NCBI GenBank assembly: GCA_951406725.2
Contig: OX597816.1
Span: forward strand, 29,760,001 to 29,824,000
Length of the DNA: 64,000 nt
Origin: Octopus vulgaris
Lineage: Eukaryota
Direction: 5' to 3'
The position numbers and the translations under genes were made by a program. Below the pieces are notes generated by a model. The model was given only the letters and a program-made list of their open reading frames with translations. It did not search any database and had not been told where the DNA came from. This document shows positions 53,135 to 64,000 of the stretch, piece after piece. Each line of letters starts with the position of its first letter. Position 1 is the first letter of the stretch.

Positions 53135-53367
53135 ATTTCTTTACTACCCACAAGGGGCTAAACACAGAGAAGACAAACAAGGACAGACAAACGGATTAAG
53201 TCGGTTACATTGACCCCAGTGCGTAACTGGTACTTAATTTATCGACCCCGAAAGGATGAAAGGCAAAGTCGACCTCGGCGGAATTTGAACTCAGACCGTA
53301 ACGGCAGACGAAATACGGCTACGCATTTCGCCCGGCGTGCTAACGTTTCTGCCAGCTCACCGCCTTA
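53135..53367 (-). mobile_element. Meta-like SINE
   Basis: TSD TAACATTGTAAACCTA on both sides. Confidence 0.92.
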
Positions 53368-55119
53368 TAACATTGTAAACCTAGGAAACTACAGGACAAG
53401 TTATTACACTTCAAAATGTTCAGGACTGCTTATTAGATCTGGTAAAGTATAGAACAAGAAAATTGTTATCAAGGTATTACACCTAAGCATAAAATTTGTA
53501 TATTAAAAATTATTAGATTTTAATTTTGATTTACAAAGTAACATTATAATTAAAAAAAGGTACCATCATTTTGTTAAAGTATTGGCACACTAGAATACTT
53601 TTAAAATGAATGCCAGAAGTACCAACATAGCAAAAGTTTTATGCAAAGTAGAATAGTATATATGGTAGGCAAATTCATTAAGTAAAAAATAGGCAAGACT
53701 AAAAATGTGACGACAATAGGCTATATTTCAAACAAAATTTATCGTGAGTTTGTTATTATAGATAGATTTTACTGTAGTATATAACTGTATTATTCTATTT
53801 ATTGTACTAACTAATTATGTACTACTATTATCTTATAACCTATTTTCAAATTTCTAATTATTTTGTGAAGTATACGTAATAATTTAATTGAGTTATTTAT
53901 TATTTTTAATTGAAGTAACAAGTAATAACAAATAGAAATAATAACTTTAATAAGATTTTTAATTTTAATAAAAGCTAATATTTTCTAAATCTAAATATTT
54001 TATTTGAAATTTTATCCTTAGCTGCAATGATTTAAGTATAAATTTTCTTGTTCTGTACTTTACCAGATGTAATAAGTTGTCATGAACTTTTCCAGGTTTA
54101 TGATATTAAGTATATTATTTCTCTTGCTCGCATTTTCCCATTCAATCATATATATTATACACATATATACATATATTACTTATATAGTATATACTTTTAA
54201 ATTCGTGTGTGTTTGTGTATGTGTACGTATGTGCATATCTGCTTCACATCTGTCCTATAATGGCATTACAATTTCGTTGAATTATAACTATTACGAAACC
54301 ATATATATGTCTCAAAAAAGTTGTATCTAACTACAATAACATAGAATCTGTACCACGCTTGGTAAAGAAATCAAATAAAACAGAGTAAGCAAACATATTA
54401 ACGAGCGATCGACAACATATGATCATTACAGGGGAACATGCCACGTCAGCAGCCTGTCGGATATCATCGTGATTTTGACAACTTAAGGCAGTACCATTAA
54501 TTGTAAATTTGGCAAAGTGAAATAGTCTCAAGAAAAAATGTCTAACCCTATTAGGAAAATATACTCAAGATCCCTGAAACAAATTTTGAACACCAACGAA
54601 ATTAAACATATAAATAATTAATAAATACTAATAAATCAACTTATATATTACAGATACTAATAAATGAAACGTAAATATACTATGACAAGCTATAATGCGT
54701 ACCCAATATTCCTACACACATACAGACACATAGGAATACTATGCATTGTCATACACAATACTTTCTTGATTTTTCTTAAAATTTCTTTCTGAAAAGGAAG
54801 CAGATGACAAAATGACTTAGTGGTATTTGTCAGTGACTTCAAAGAGCCGGGAGGTCATGTAAAGAACTTAAGAATTTCGCAGATTAATTTCTGTGCGAGT
54901 GGAAAAACAATTTGCCAGAGAAGATACTTACGTAGCGTTTTGTTAGAATCTGTTTCTTTGAACCTAAAGATGTTATTACTAACGCAAACAATGTACTTAC
55001 AAAACAATATTTGTGTACAAGGGCTATTATATGCGACTTTTTACTAAAATAATAATGTATTAGTGTTCAGTGTATATTATATTTTATCTGTTATGGCATT
55101 CACACAAATGTAAACACTG

Positions 55120-55186
55120 ATGTGTGTGTGGATGTATACACACACACATACATACATATACATACATACATGTATGTATACATACA

Positions 55187-55228
<42 letters not shown>

Positions 55229-55314
55229 TATATATATACAATATGTATGTATGTATACAATATGTATGTATGTATATATATATATATATGTTTGTATGTA
55301 TACATTTATGTATG

Positions 55315-55381
<67 letters not shown>

Positions 55382-55410
55382 GCGTATGCATACATACATA
55401 CAAATGTACA
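55120..55410. repeat. (TA)/(CA)/(TATG) compound microsatellite
   Basis: Directly visible. Confidence 0.95.
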
Positions 55411-56979
55411 TGTATCATTTAAATCAGTGTTTACATTAAGATTCTCTACTTTGAAGATTCCTCTTTGAATGAAGCACTAAATTCTAAAATGTATTGAAAA
55501 TAATTGTATGCCTTGTAAGAAGGAAAGTAATGTGTATTCAATAATGAAAGCATTATTGTAGTTCTATTTTACTTTCTGAAACTTTTAAAATCTCTTGTTT
55601 CTTGCTTTATCTTTCTTCCTCGGATATAAAGCCTCGCTGTTTCTTTGAAGCCAAGGAAGAGGTGTAAGAGGTGGGGAGAAAAACACTACCTCATTATTAG
55701 TTAGTAATAAAGAGAAGAAAAGTGGCAAATACATAAGATCAAACAAAATAATATGTGAGTTTGTGGATAGGTCTCACGTACGTATGCATGAAACACATGC
55801 TGCTTTTTTTCTTTCACTTACAAATCTTCCATTTACAGTAGCGTATTATAAAACTTTTCGATTAGTTTCCGGAGGGGGCAATAAACACATATACATGCGC
55901 GCACACAAACACTCATACACCCACATACACACACATACATACATATATGTGTGTTTGTATGTGTATGTACCTATCTATTTGTATGGAATTATTTGCATGT
56001 ATCCTTATAGTGGAACCTCATTAAACCGTATTAATAGGCGGAGAGTGTCCATTTAAACCGATCTTTTAATATTATATTCTTCAATGGTATTAGAAATATT
56101 TACATTCTATATTGTATATGATAATTTATAGCAAAATTTTAGAAAACACTGCCAACACCATATAGATACCTGATACATTTTATATCATTTCATATGATAA
56201 TATGTAAACATTAAAATGCTGATATCATTAATTTCAAATATCATTTACCTGATAAATGACGTGAGATTCATATGATGGTAATGGCGGTTGTAGTGGGATT
56301 GTTGAGGTGGGGTGTATTATAGACAAAAGGTAAGAATGTGTCAACAGTTGGCTCATCTTCAGTTAGCTTAATAGCTGTAACAAAGTTATAACAAACCGGG
56401 TTCAAGAACGAGCCTAGTTTCAGTTGATATTGCTTCTGGATATTCTTCTCTGAGCTCATCTTATTGCTGGATATCCGCTCCTCAAGTGATCACAGAATAC
56501 AAGGTAATATGGGTACGTTGGAAAATGGATACTGTTTTCATCATTTTCACTGCCTCAGCCGTCACCAACGAAAACATCTGCTGCTTCTTTTGTCAGCACT
56601 TAGTGTCAATGGCCATCCACTGAGTCTTCTACCCATGTCTAACGTCATCTTCTGTGGTATTTACTTTGTCGAGCTGCCCTCTGAAAATATACGAATACAG
56701 ACGTAAGTGTGTGTGTGTGTGTGTGTGTGTACGTGCATGTTCGTACACACACATATGTATGCTTGTATGTATGTGTGTATGTGTGTGTGCGTGTATAACA
56801 CGTATGAGGCACTCGCGTCGGTGAAATGTAAAAGACACTCAGTACACTCCGTGGAGTCGATGGTGTTAGGAAGGGCATCTAATCATAGAAACCAAGCCAA
56901 AACAGATTTTCAAACCCGGTGTAGTTCTCCAGCTTACCAGCCCCTGTCAGTGGTCTTAAACATGCAAACATGGAAAATA

Positions 56980-57120
56980 TTAGGTTGTCCCAAAAGTTCG
57001 TAAACACTTGCGAAAATTGAATTTTTACTCGCCAAGTACTAACAAAAACAACAAAAATTATTCCTCAAATTAAAGACCATTATTTTCCAAGACTTTCTAC
57101 GAACTTTTGGGACAACCTTA
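56980..57120. mobile_element. 141-bp mariner-type MITE
   Basis: TIR T(T/A)AGGTTGTCCCAAAAGTTCGTA at both ends; TA TSD. Confidence 0.88.
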
Positions 57121-57139
57121 TAGATGATAACTGATGTTG

Positions 57140-57140
<1 letters not shown>

Positions 57141-57185
<45 letters not shown>

Positions 57186-57213
57186 CGATGATGGTGAAGA
57201 TAATGATGATGAT
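57141..57213. repeat. (GAT)n microsatellite
   Basis: Directly visible. Confidence 0.95.
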
Positions 57214-57949
57214 GTGTGTGCTTGTGTGTGTGTGAAGAATTCTGGTACAACACAATCTAGCATCCGATTGAGAAGAATCCTTGAAAATATTGTGAATTAT
57301 TTCTTCTATAAAGAAACAAGAATGGCATTCCTCTGATCTTATGGGAATCTACTTTTCGTGCACATTGTGTGACATATTATAGATGAACGTACCAGTAATT
57401 CATCAGTGACAACACCAACATTCCCAAAGGTCTTCCCGATATTCATCCATTTTACAGCAACCATTATTTTATTATTAGTTGGTGGAGAATCAAGCCTGTG
57501 AATCACGAGTATCTGTGATAACAGGACTTAATACAACCTCACAGTTCAAGACAAACCCTAAAACGCTGCCACCACCTGACATAGATTTCGCCTTGCTTGC
57601 GTTACTGCTCATCACCATTCTTCGCTCGTAGAAGGGCAAAGATGAAAGATGGTAGGGTACTGACTACACGCAGCAGGTGGTAGAGAGATTTTGAATATTG
57701 TTTGTCTGCAAATGTCTGAATTTAGTGGATTTTCTGTCATTCACAACTCTCACTGGACCTTTGCCTTTCACACTTTCAAAAGCTTTCTCCATTTTATTAT
57801 GGCCCGGTATAGAACAATGGAACAGTGAGTCAAAAGTCTTTCGTCTGCCTTCAATAAATATCAACGTAGTGAAAGCAGCTCCATAGAGTTATTTATTAAA
57901 ACTTACACATGAATCACCAGCGACAACTTGTACTGTTTTGTGTTATTGC

Positions 57950-58520
57950 CTAGGCTTTTAAGGGCAGATTCATTTTGAAACATCAATCCACTTACGTGCT
58001 TTCGTGCTGCCACAGCTCAGCTTTTTATGGACTGCGATGGTTAGGCTGACGCAATAAAACTACGATCCGTCCAACGTTCGAACTCCTGCATGTGCCAGAA
58101 AGATTTTCCTTCTAACAAATTTTTTCTACAGACTGTTACATAATCGAGAATGTTCTGAAGTCCTGAACGTGGATGCTTCCAAGAAGCCTTATAAATATCC
58201 TTTTGGTTGAACCAAGTATTGGTTATCACTAAGTCTAATTCATGACATAGCTATAACAGGAGAATCCCATTTACGTTGGGTTTCCCCATTGCCTGACTTC
58301 CTTTGCTACTTCAAAGTTCAGATTCACGTCCAAAACGGGAATTTATGTCTCCCAGAAATATAAGTTCGTTTTTCTTATCAACACTTTTCAGAATGTCTTT
58401 CAGATCACCATCAAAGTTATTTCTTTCATTCTTGGGACTGAAAAGTGTTGAAGCATAGAACAGTAGTCATTTTCATGACTTGTTTTGAGTAAAGTTGCAA
58501 CTGAAGCATCATTATAGGTT
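57950..58520 (-). mobile_element. RTE-clade LINE AP-endonuclease remnant
   Basis: YASTL, LIFLGDINSRFG, GKPNVNGILLL, ITNTWFNQKDIYKASWKHPRSGLQNILDYVTV. Confidence 0.82.
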
Positions 58521-60955
58521 CAGAGTGTAGCGGTAATTCGAGGAGGAATTACAACCGTGTTTCGTGGTCTGCTACCACAACAGCTCCTTTATAGGATCCA
58601 GTTAGCTCAAGACATCATCAGGAGGAACCACGTCCGGTTTCGGCCCCTACTCCTCTACCTTTTTGACGTGGCGGGGTCCCTCCTTTCGGAGGTGTCTTCA
58701 GCTCTGGTGTTGGGTGCATGTCTTCTTTCTTCTTCTTTCTTCTCTTCCCTGGCCTCTTCGATGTATCGTCAGCGAGTGTCAGCCGGTGACTGACTGTCTT
58801 GTCAAAATTCTCTCTTTAAATACCTGCCGCATAGTCTCCAGCAGGCAGCCCCAGCAAGTTGTCATGTGACACTGTCTCACCTTAACTGACTAGTGAAGGC
58901 ACGTAGTTTTAGCCCGTGCTTTTCCTAAACGACCTGCTAGGTAGCCGATCAGATATCACGATGAAACCACAGTAGTTTTATGTGGTCGCTTTGTTAAGCA
59001 ACCACTCAGCATTAAGCATTCGTATAATTCAATCTTCTAGAATTTTCTCTTTGTGCTCCATAAAAAAGCGGTTTTGTGGTAATTACGGAATGTTGAGGCT
59101 GCAGTACGTTGTGTCTCTTTTCTCGCCACATTCAGCCGATTAATACACCTGACTGATAGTAGACAAACACTTCCTTCGTCACGAATGTAGCACAATTAGT
59201 TTCCATGTGTGATAGGCCAGCCATAGATTGCTAAATCAGTAAGTTTGCTGTAAACTCTTGGCAGTATGTTTCCCACAGTATGTAATTATAGCTGTTAGTA
59301 TTTGTAAAAGACCAACAGAGATTAAATATTCTGTTAACTATTCGTGGTAGTCACTTATTTCTGTACGCGACCTTCAAAATACATCCAGTTAGCTCAAGAC
59401 GTCATCAGGAGGAACCACGTCCGGTTTCGGCCCCTACTCCATTCAACAACTCAATCATTTTAACGTCACGTCAATTGACAACTACAAACAGCAACCACAC
59501 CGACATAACTCACAAGACAAACCAGGAGTCAAATGCTGCACTAAATGCGTTTTAACAGCGAAACCAATCCCAATTTCTAGACGCAATTTGATTCTCCCTT
59601 GTAAAATAAGGTGTAACCATACTCTCTTTCTTTTAACTGGCCATCATCAGAAAACTTTGTTTCTGAAAATGTATATATATCGAGGTTATATCAACAAAAC
59701 AAGCGCAGTTTCGTGATAACTAAGGGTCTTTTATTCCTGGTGGTTATGTGTCTCACACTTCCAGCTACTGGATGGTCGATGACTGCTGAGCTCATCCGTC
59801 CTTTGTTTTCCATTTTACTGAATGCCAAATAAAACCCGACCTCCTTACCAAGCAGGCTTGATATGGTTGCCGGATTAGTCACCGGGGACAGGTTGAACTG
59901 TGTTGCATGTTACCAGTAGCTCTAACAGACACCTAACATACATTTATTCATGCGTACATACATTCATATATATACATAAAAAATGATAATACTCGTATTA
60001 TTGAAAACACAAAACACTTCTTCCGCGAACAACAAGAAACAGGATGAAGGCAAACAAGACAATAACAAACCGCCGCCATTACACGGACACATACGAGGAA
60101 TTTACCCATAGTAGAAATTATTTGATTTATATTTATTTCCTGACTTCCGAGAGTATTTCTATTTCTATTTTTCAGCATATATTCGCATTAAATATGCAAA
60201 TATAACTGCTTATGAGTTTAATCTCAAATTACTAAATAGTTCCAGGACAAATACTGTAATAATATTCTTGGACTCTTTCTAAGATAGTAATTAAATATGC
60301 AGAAATATAAACTGGGCGACTTTTTGCATAAATGTTTCTGAAACAATCACTTGTACTCAACAGAAAAATATTGAGTAAGTATCCACTTAGAATATTTGCT
60401 CAATTGAAGGAATTAGAAGCTATTACATTGCAAACATTAGAATATTTGACTTTTAAATAGAGAATATAGTTTAAAAGGAGTGGAGATGAATGTGGTGATA
60501 CGGTGATTATATCAACCCCAACAGAAAAGCAAATTAGACTGGCCAGGTAAAATAAAGAACCTAACAAACAGTAAAGGAATGACATATAACATGTATTACA
60601 ACTGAAGAGGACATCACAACGGCATATCATGATTGGAAGACACTAAATAACATGTCCCCACAAACAGCTGTTACATAACGATTTAGTGAAAAACCAATTT
60701 AATAATGATATACGCCAATACTAACAAAGGAACCGATGAATAATCAAATTAAAAGCGAAAATATGACAATAAATTTAAAAAATGATGTTTAAAAACTTAC
60801 ATTTGAAAAAAATAACCATAAACGAGTATGCTTGATAGTATATCAAATAAAAAGTGAAATACCGAAAAGATGTCACCCGAATGATCAAAGTGCTAATACT
60901 ATACACTAAAGCTTGATTGGGTCTTGAAGCAGCTGCCTATATTATTGGAATTTCA

Positions 60956-61260
<305 letters not shown>

Positions 61261-61412
61261 TATAAGTATTAATGTTTGTTTTTATATTTAGTTATGATAA
61301 AAGGTAAAATAAAAGCATTAATTTGAGGGGTTACTCTATACTTTTGTGGAGTACAAATTTATTCTTAAACAAGAATGTTGTTGACAATAACTTCGATGTT
61401 TCAGCCAATAAA

Positions 61413-61456
<44 letters not shown>

Positions 61457-61463
<7 letters not shown>

Positions 61464-62049
61464 TTTCAAATTGAGGGTAAAATTAATTAATTATAATCAA
61501 TTTCACCAAGTGTTCAGTATGCAAAGGGACCATTTAAGGCGAATTCAAATTATTATATTATATAAAAGGGCTTAGTAAAATAAATTACTTTGCCGCATAC
61601 TGAACTCATTAGAAATAGCAGCTAAAATCAAATTCAAAGGTTATTTGAGAACGTACGTTTCAAGATTAGTCAACACGACACTTCTATCATCAGCTCAGAA
61701 ACTCCTTGGTTTGGATTTGAAAACACTGGAAGTGAGAGCATACCCTTTCGGCTTCTCATCGCTTTCGAAGATCTGCTCGTAACTAACAGTGCCAACAAAC
61801 TCAAATATGCAAGCGAAGAATTTCTGTTCTCCCCTTTCCACCAGCGTGGGTTAAAATCAGCAAACACTATGCTTATTTCGGTAAAATCCGAAGCATTAAT
61901 TAGAGGGAGATTAATTATAATTTCAACAATTGAGGGTAAAATTAATTAATTATTAATCAATTTCACCAAGTGTTCAGTATGCAAAGGGACCATTTAAGGC
62001 GAATTCAAATTATTACATTATATAAAAGGGCTTAGTAAAATAAATTACT
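61457..62049 (-). mobile_element. Non-autonomous hammerhead-bearing tandem element (~460-bp unit, ~1.3 copies) in (TA)n
   Basis: 61469-61589 repeats at 61928-62049; hammerhead lies between the repeats; no recognisable ORF. Confidence 0.75.
61646..61697 (-). ncRNA. Minimal type I hammerhead ribozyme with palindromic stem III
   Basis: TGAG CTGATGA TAGAAGTGTCGTGTTGACTAATCTT GAAA C GTAC GTT CTCA. Confidence 0.75.
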
Positions 62050-62596
62050 ATATATATATATCATAAACCTAATTAAAACATAAACTTTAGTAGAAAAATC
62101 TGGTGATTTTGAATGTGATATTACAAAAAGATCAGATATTTTATACCAAAGCTTGCGTGGGTCTTGAAGTTGATGCTTATATTGTAGGAAATTCAATTAA
62201 AGTACATTTTTTTAACTCATAAAAATGATCAAACGTCGATGTGTTTGAAGTAGAGATAACTTTTCTATGCGTTGATAAGATCGCAATTATCAAAGCCTAA
62301 CATTCTGTTAGTGGCACTGTAATCGATACGAGAAAATTGTTATTTTTAATATCTTCATTAACATAAAGGCAGACACGGTCCGACAAAGTGGGGAATACGA
62401 TAACATCTTAAATTCTGCTACAAAAATGCTATTAAGTTACGAGCAAATTTTTTTTTCTTTACATTGTTTAGCTTCAATTCATCGAATAGATGATTAGCAT
62501 TCATTCAGATTACCATACCTTTAAAGATGTTTTGGCAGAATCACACACACACATACATACATACATTCATACATACATACCTAAATGTATATATAC

Positions 62597-62627
<31 letters not shown>

Positions 62628-62719
62628 AATATATATATATACATACATACATATATATAAATATACATATATATATATATACATACATAGATACATATAT
62701 AAATCGAAAATAAACAGTC

Positions 62720-62860
62720 AACAAAAATCAATGGGAGGTACACAGTAAATGTATTAGGTTGTCGCTCAATTTCGGATGGAGAAAAAGAGGGTATGTGTGA
62801 CGTTTCGGACATAATGTTTCGTCAAAATGAGGGAAGACGAAGGGTTCGGAGTGAAGGACA
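62720..62860 (-). mobile_element. Penelope-like terminal remnant with degenerate hammerhead
   Basis: Minus strand TTTGACGAAACATTATGTCCGAAACGTCACA; similar remnant on plus strand at ~40745 (CAGATGA..GAAACGTC). Confidence 0.5.
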
Positions 62861-62909
62861 AAATAGCCCAAGAAAAGCACGTGTGTAGTTGCATGACTGA
62901 TGCGGCATG

Positions 62910-62953
62910 TGTACAAGGATGACACGCAAATTCATGAAGCGTTCCATATTTTT
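62910..62953 (+). pseudogene. U6: U6 snRNA 3'-end fragment (5'-truncated retrocopy)
   Basis: CAAGGATGACACGCAAATTCaTGAAGCGTTCCATATTTTT matches the conserved U6 3' end with one mismatch over 40 nt. Confidence 0.9.
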
Positions 62954-62956
62954 CGA

Positions 62957-63356
62957 AGGTGCAGGCATGGCTGCGTTGTAAGAAGCTTGCTTCCCATCTA
63001 CACGTTTCTGGACTCATTCTCACCGCATGGTACCTTGGGCAAGTATCTTCTATTAAAGCTTCGGGCTAGTCAAAGCTCTGTGGGTGGCTTTGTATGACGG
63101 AAACTGAAAGAAAAGTGCATATGTGTGTATGTGTGTGTGTGTGTTTGTCTTTGTGTCTGTGTTTATCCCTTCCCCATCGCTTGACAACCTCTGTTGGTGT
63201 GTTTACGTTCATGTAACTTAGTGTTTCGGCAAGAGAGCACGATAAAATAAGTACTAAACCTAAAATTGTTAGTCCTGGGGATAATCTGCCCGACTAAAAT
63301 CCCTTAAGTCGGTGTCCCAGCATGGCTGCTGTCAAATGACTGAAACAAGTAAAAGA
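62957..63356 (+). mobile_element. CORE-like SINE, full length, moderately diverged
   Basis: AGGTGCAGGCATGGCTG head to AAACAAGTAAAAGA tail. Confidence 0.87.
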
Positions 63357-63539
63357 TATGTGTGTGTATACAAACATACCCGCATACATACATGCACAAT
63401 ACATACATACATGCAGTAAAGAGATGAGATCCCAAGATTCCCGATATAGGAGGCACTTACTAACGCTCAAATGATTTGAAGTTGCGCTCCGAAACCTTTG
63501 CCGATACTGCCGTACTCTATAAATGTTTATTACCCAAGT

Positions 63540-64000
63540 TTATGCTTCTGTATCGGTAGATGATACTGTGATGACATATTTGAACAACTGTTTATGGTTG
63601 GTATCATCGGTGTTAACTTTACAAAGATTGCAACGGTTATCACATTTTGGACACTTTGGTGTTTTTTCTGCGCTTCTATCCCTTTTGTGAATCAGTATTT
63701 GGTTGAGAGTTCCCGTTCCTGGATTGTGAACCCGTACCCTTCAAAGTGAGAGCTAGTAACCTGGCTGTCAGTCCTTGATAGATTGCTTTGATTATCAATG
63801 TTACTATCATCCCTGAGCTTTCTGTTAACATATCCATACTTGGTCTTCTGCTGATATCCGCTCATTCTTTCATATGATGATATGTTGCAGCTGTGTCGTG
63901 CGACGTCATTAATCATGTATTTAAGTTTATCAAGAATTTTGCTCGAGTAGCTGCTTTCAAAATCTCGTGATAATATCTGTTTCGTGTATGTCAACTTTAT
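63540..64000 (-). mobile_element. R4/Dong-like ORF fragment (pre-CCHC and CCHC region), continues beyond the window
   Basis: HFEGYGFTIQERELSTKY, frameshift, then LIHKRD...CDNRCNLCKVNTDDTNH..SCSNMSS. Confidence 0.78.

Noticed and set aside
56268-56690. Possible minus-strand exon after the acceptor TATTTTCAG
   Set aside because: All three frames stop within about 20 codons and no domain is recognisable; a non-coding exon cannot be excluded.
58596-58653. Type II hammerhead-like order (GAAA...CTGATGA) on the minus strand
   Set aside because: Only 4 nt lie between the putative cleavage site and CUGAUGA, so stem I cannot form.
62910-62953. Functional U6 gene
   Set aside because: The 5' ~60 nt including the ACAGAGA box are missing and no promoter elements are evident.
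63692-63994. 100-aa ORF as a host gene exon
   Set aside because: It continues by frameshift into an R4-type CCHC motif, so it is a retroelement remnant.

Overview
AT-rich, repeat-saturated eukaryotic DNA with no host protein-coding exon that I can support, so most likely intronic or intergenic. The SINE families and microsatellite load resemble octopus (coleoid cephalopod) genomes; this is an inference from recalled family sequences, not from a search. The window holds about 30 copies or fragments of three tRNA-derived SINE types and four non-autonomous Helitrons. It also has decayed R4/Dong, RTE, L1/Tx1 and Penelope-like retroelements, Tc1/mariner and hATm-like transposase remnants, several MITEs and many microsatellites. 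A ~4 kb near-identical duplication surrounds a 100-N gap and is probably an assembly artefact. Most ORFs in the supplied track are microsatellite or SINE artefacts. Highlights: (1) a ~460-bp tandemly repeated, ORF-less element with a minimal hammerhead ribozyme whose stem III is palindromic, resembling a retrozyme or Penelope pLTR (61457-62049), plus a second near-intact hammerhead and three remnants; (2) a U6 snRNA 3' end fused to a SINE 5' end; (3) a TSD-flanked cassette whose terminal direct repeats come from a Helitron interior; (4) a SINE that appears to insert into its own internal site; (5) three 45-58 bp locally templated copies at or near element junctions. All coordinates and translations were read by eye.
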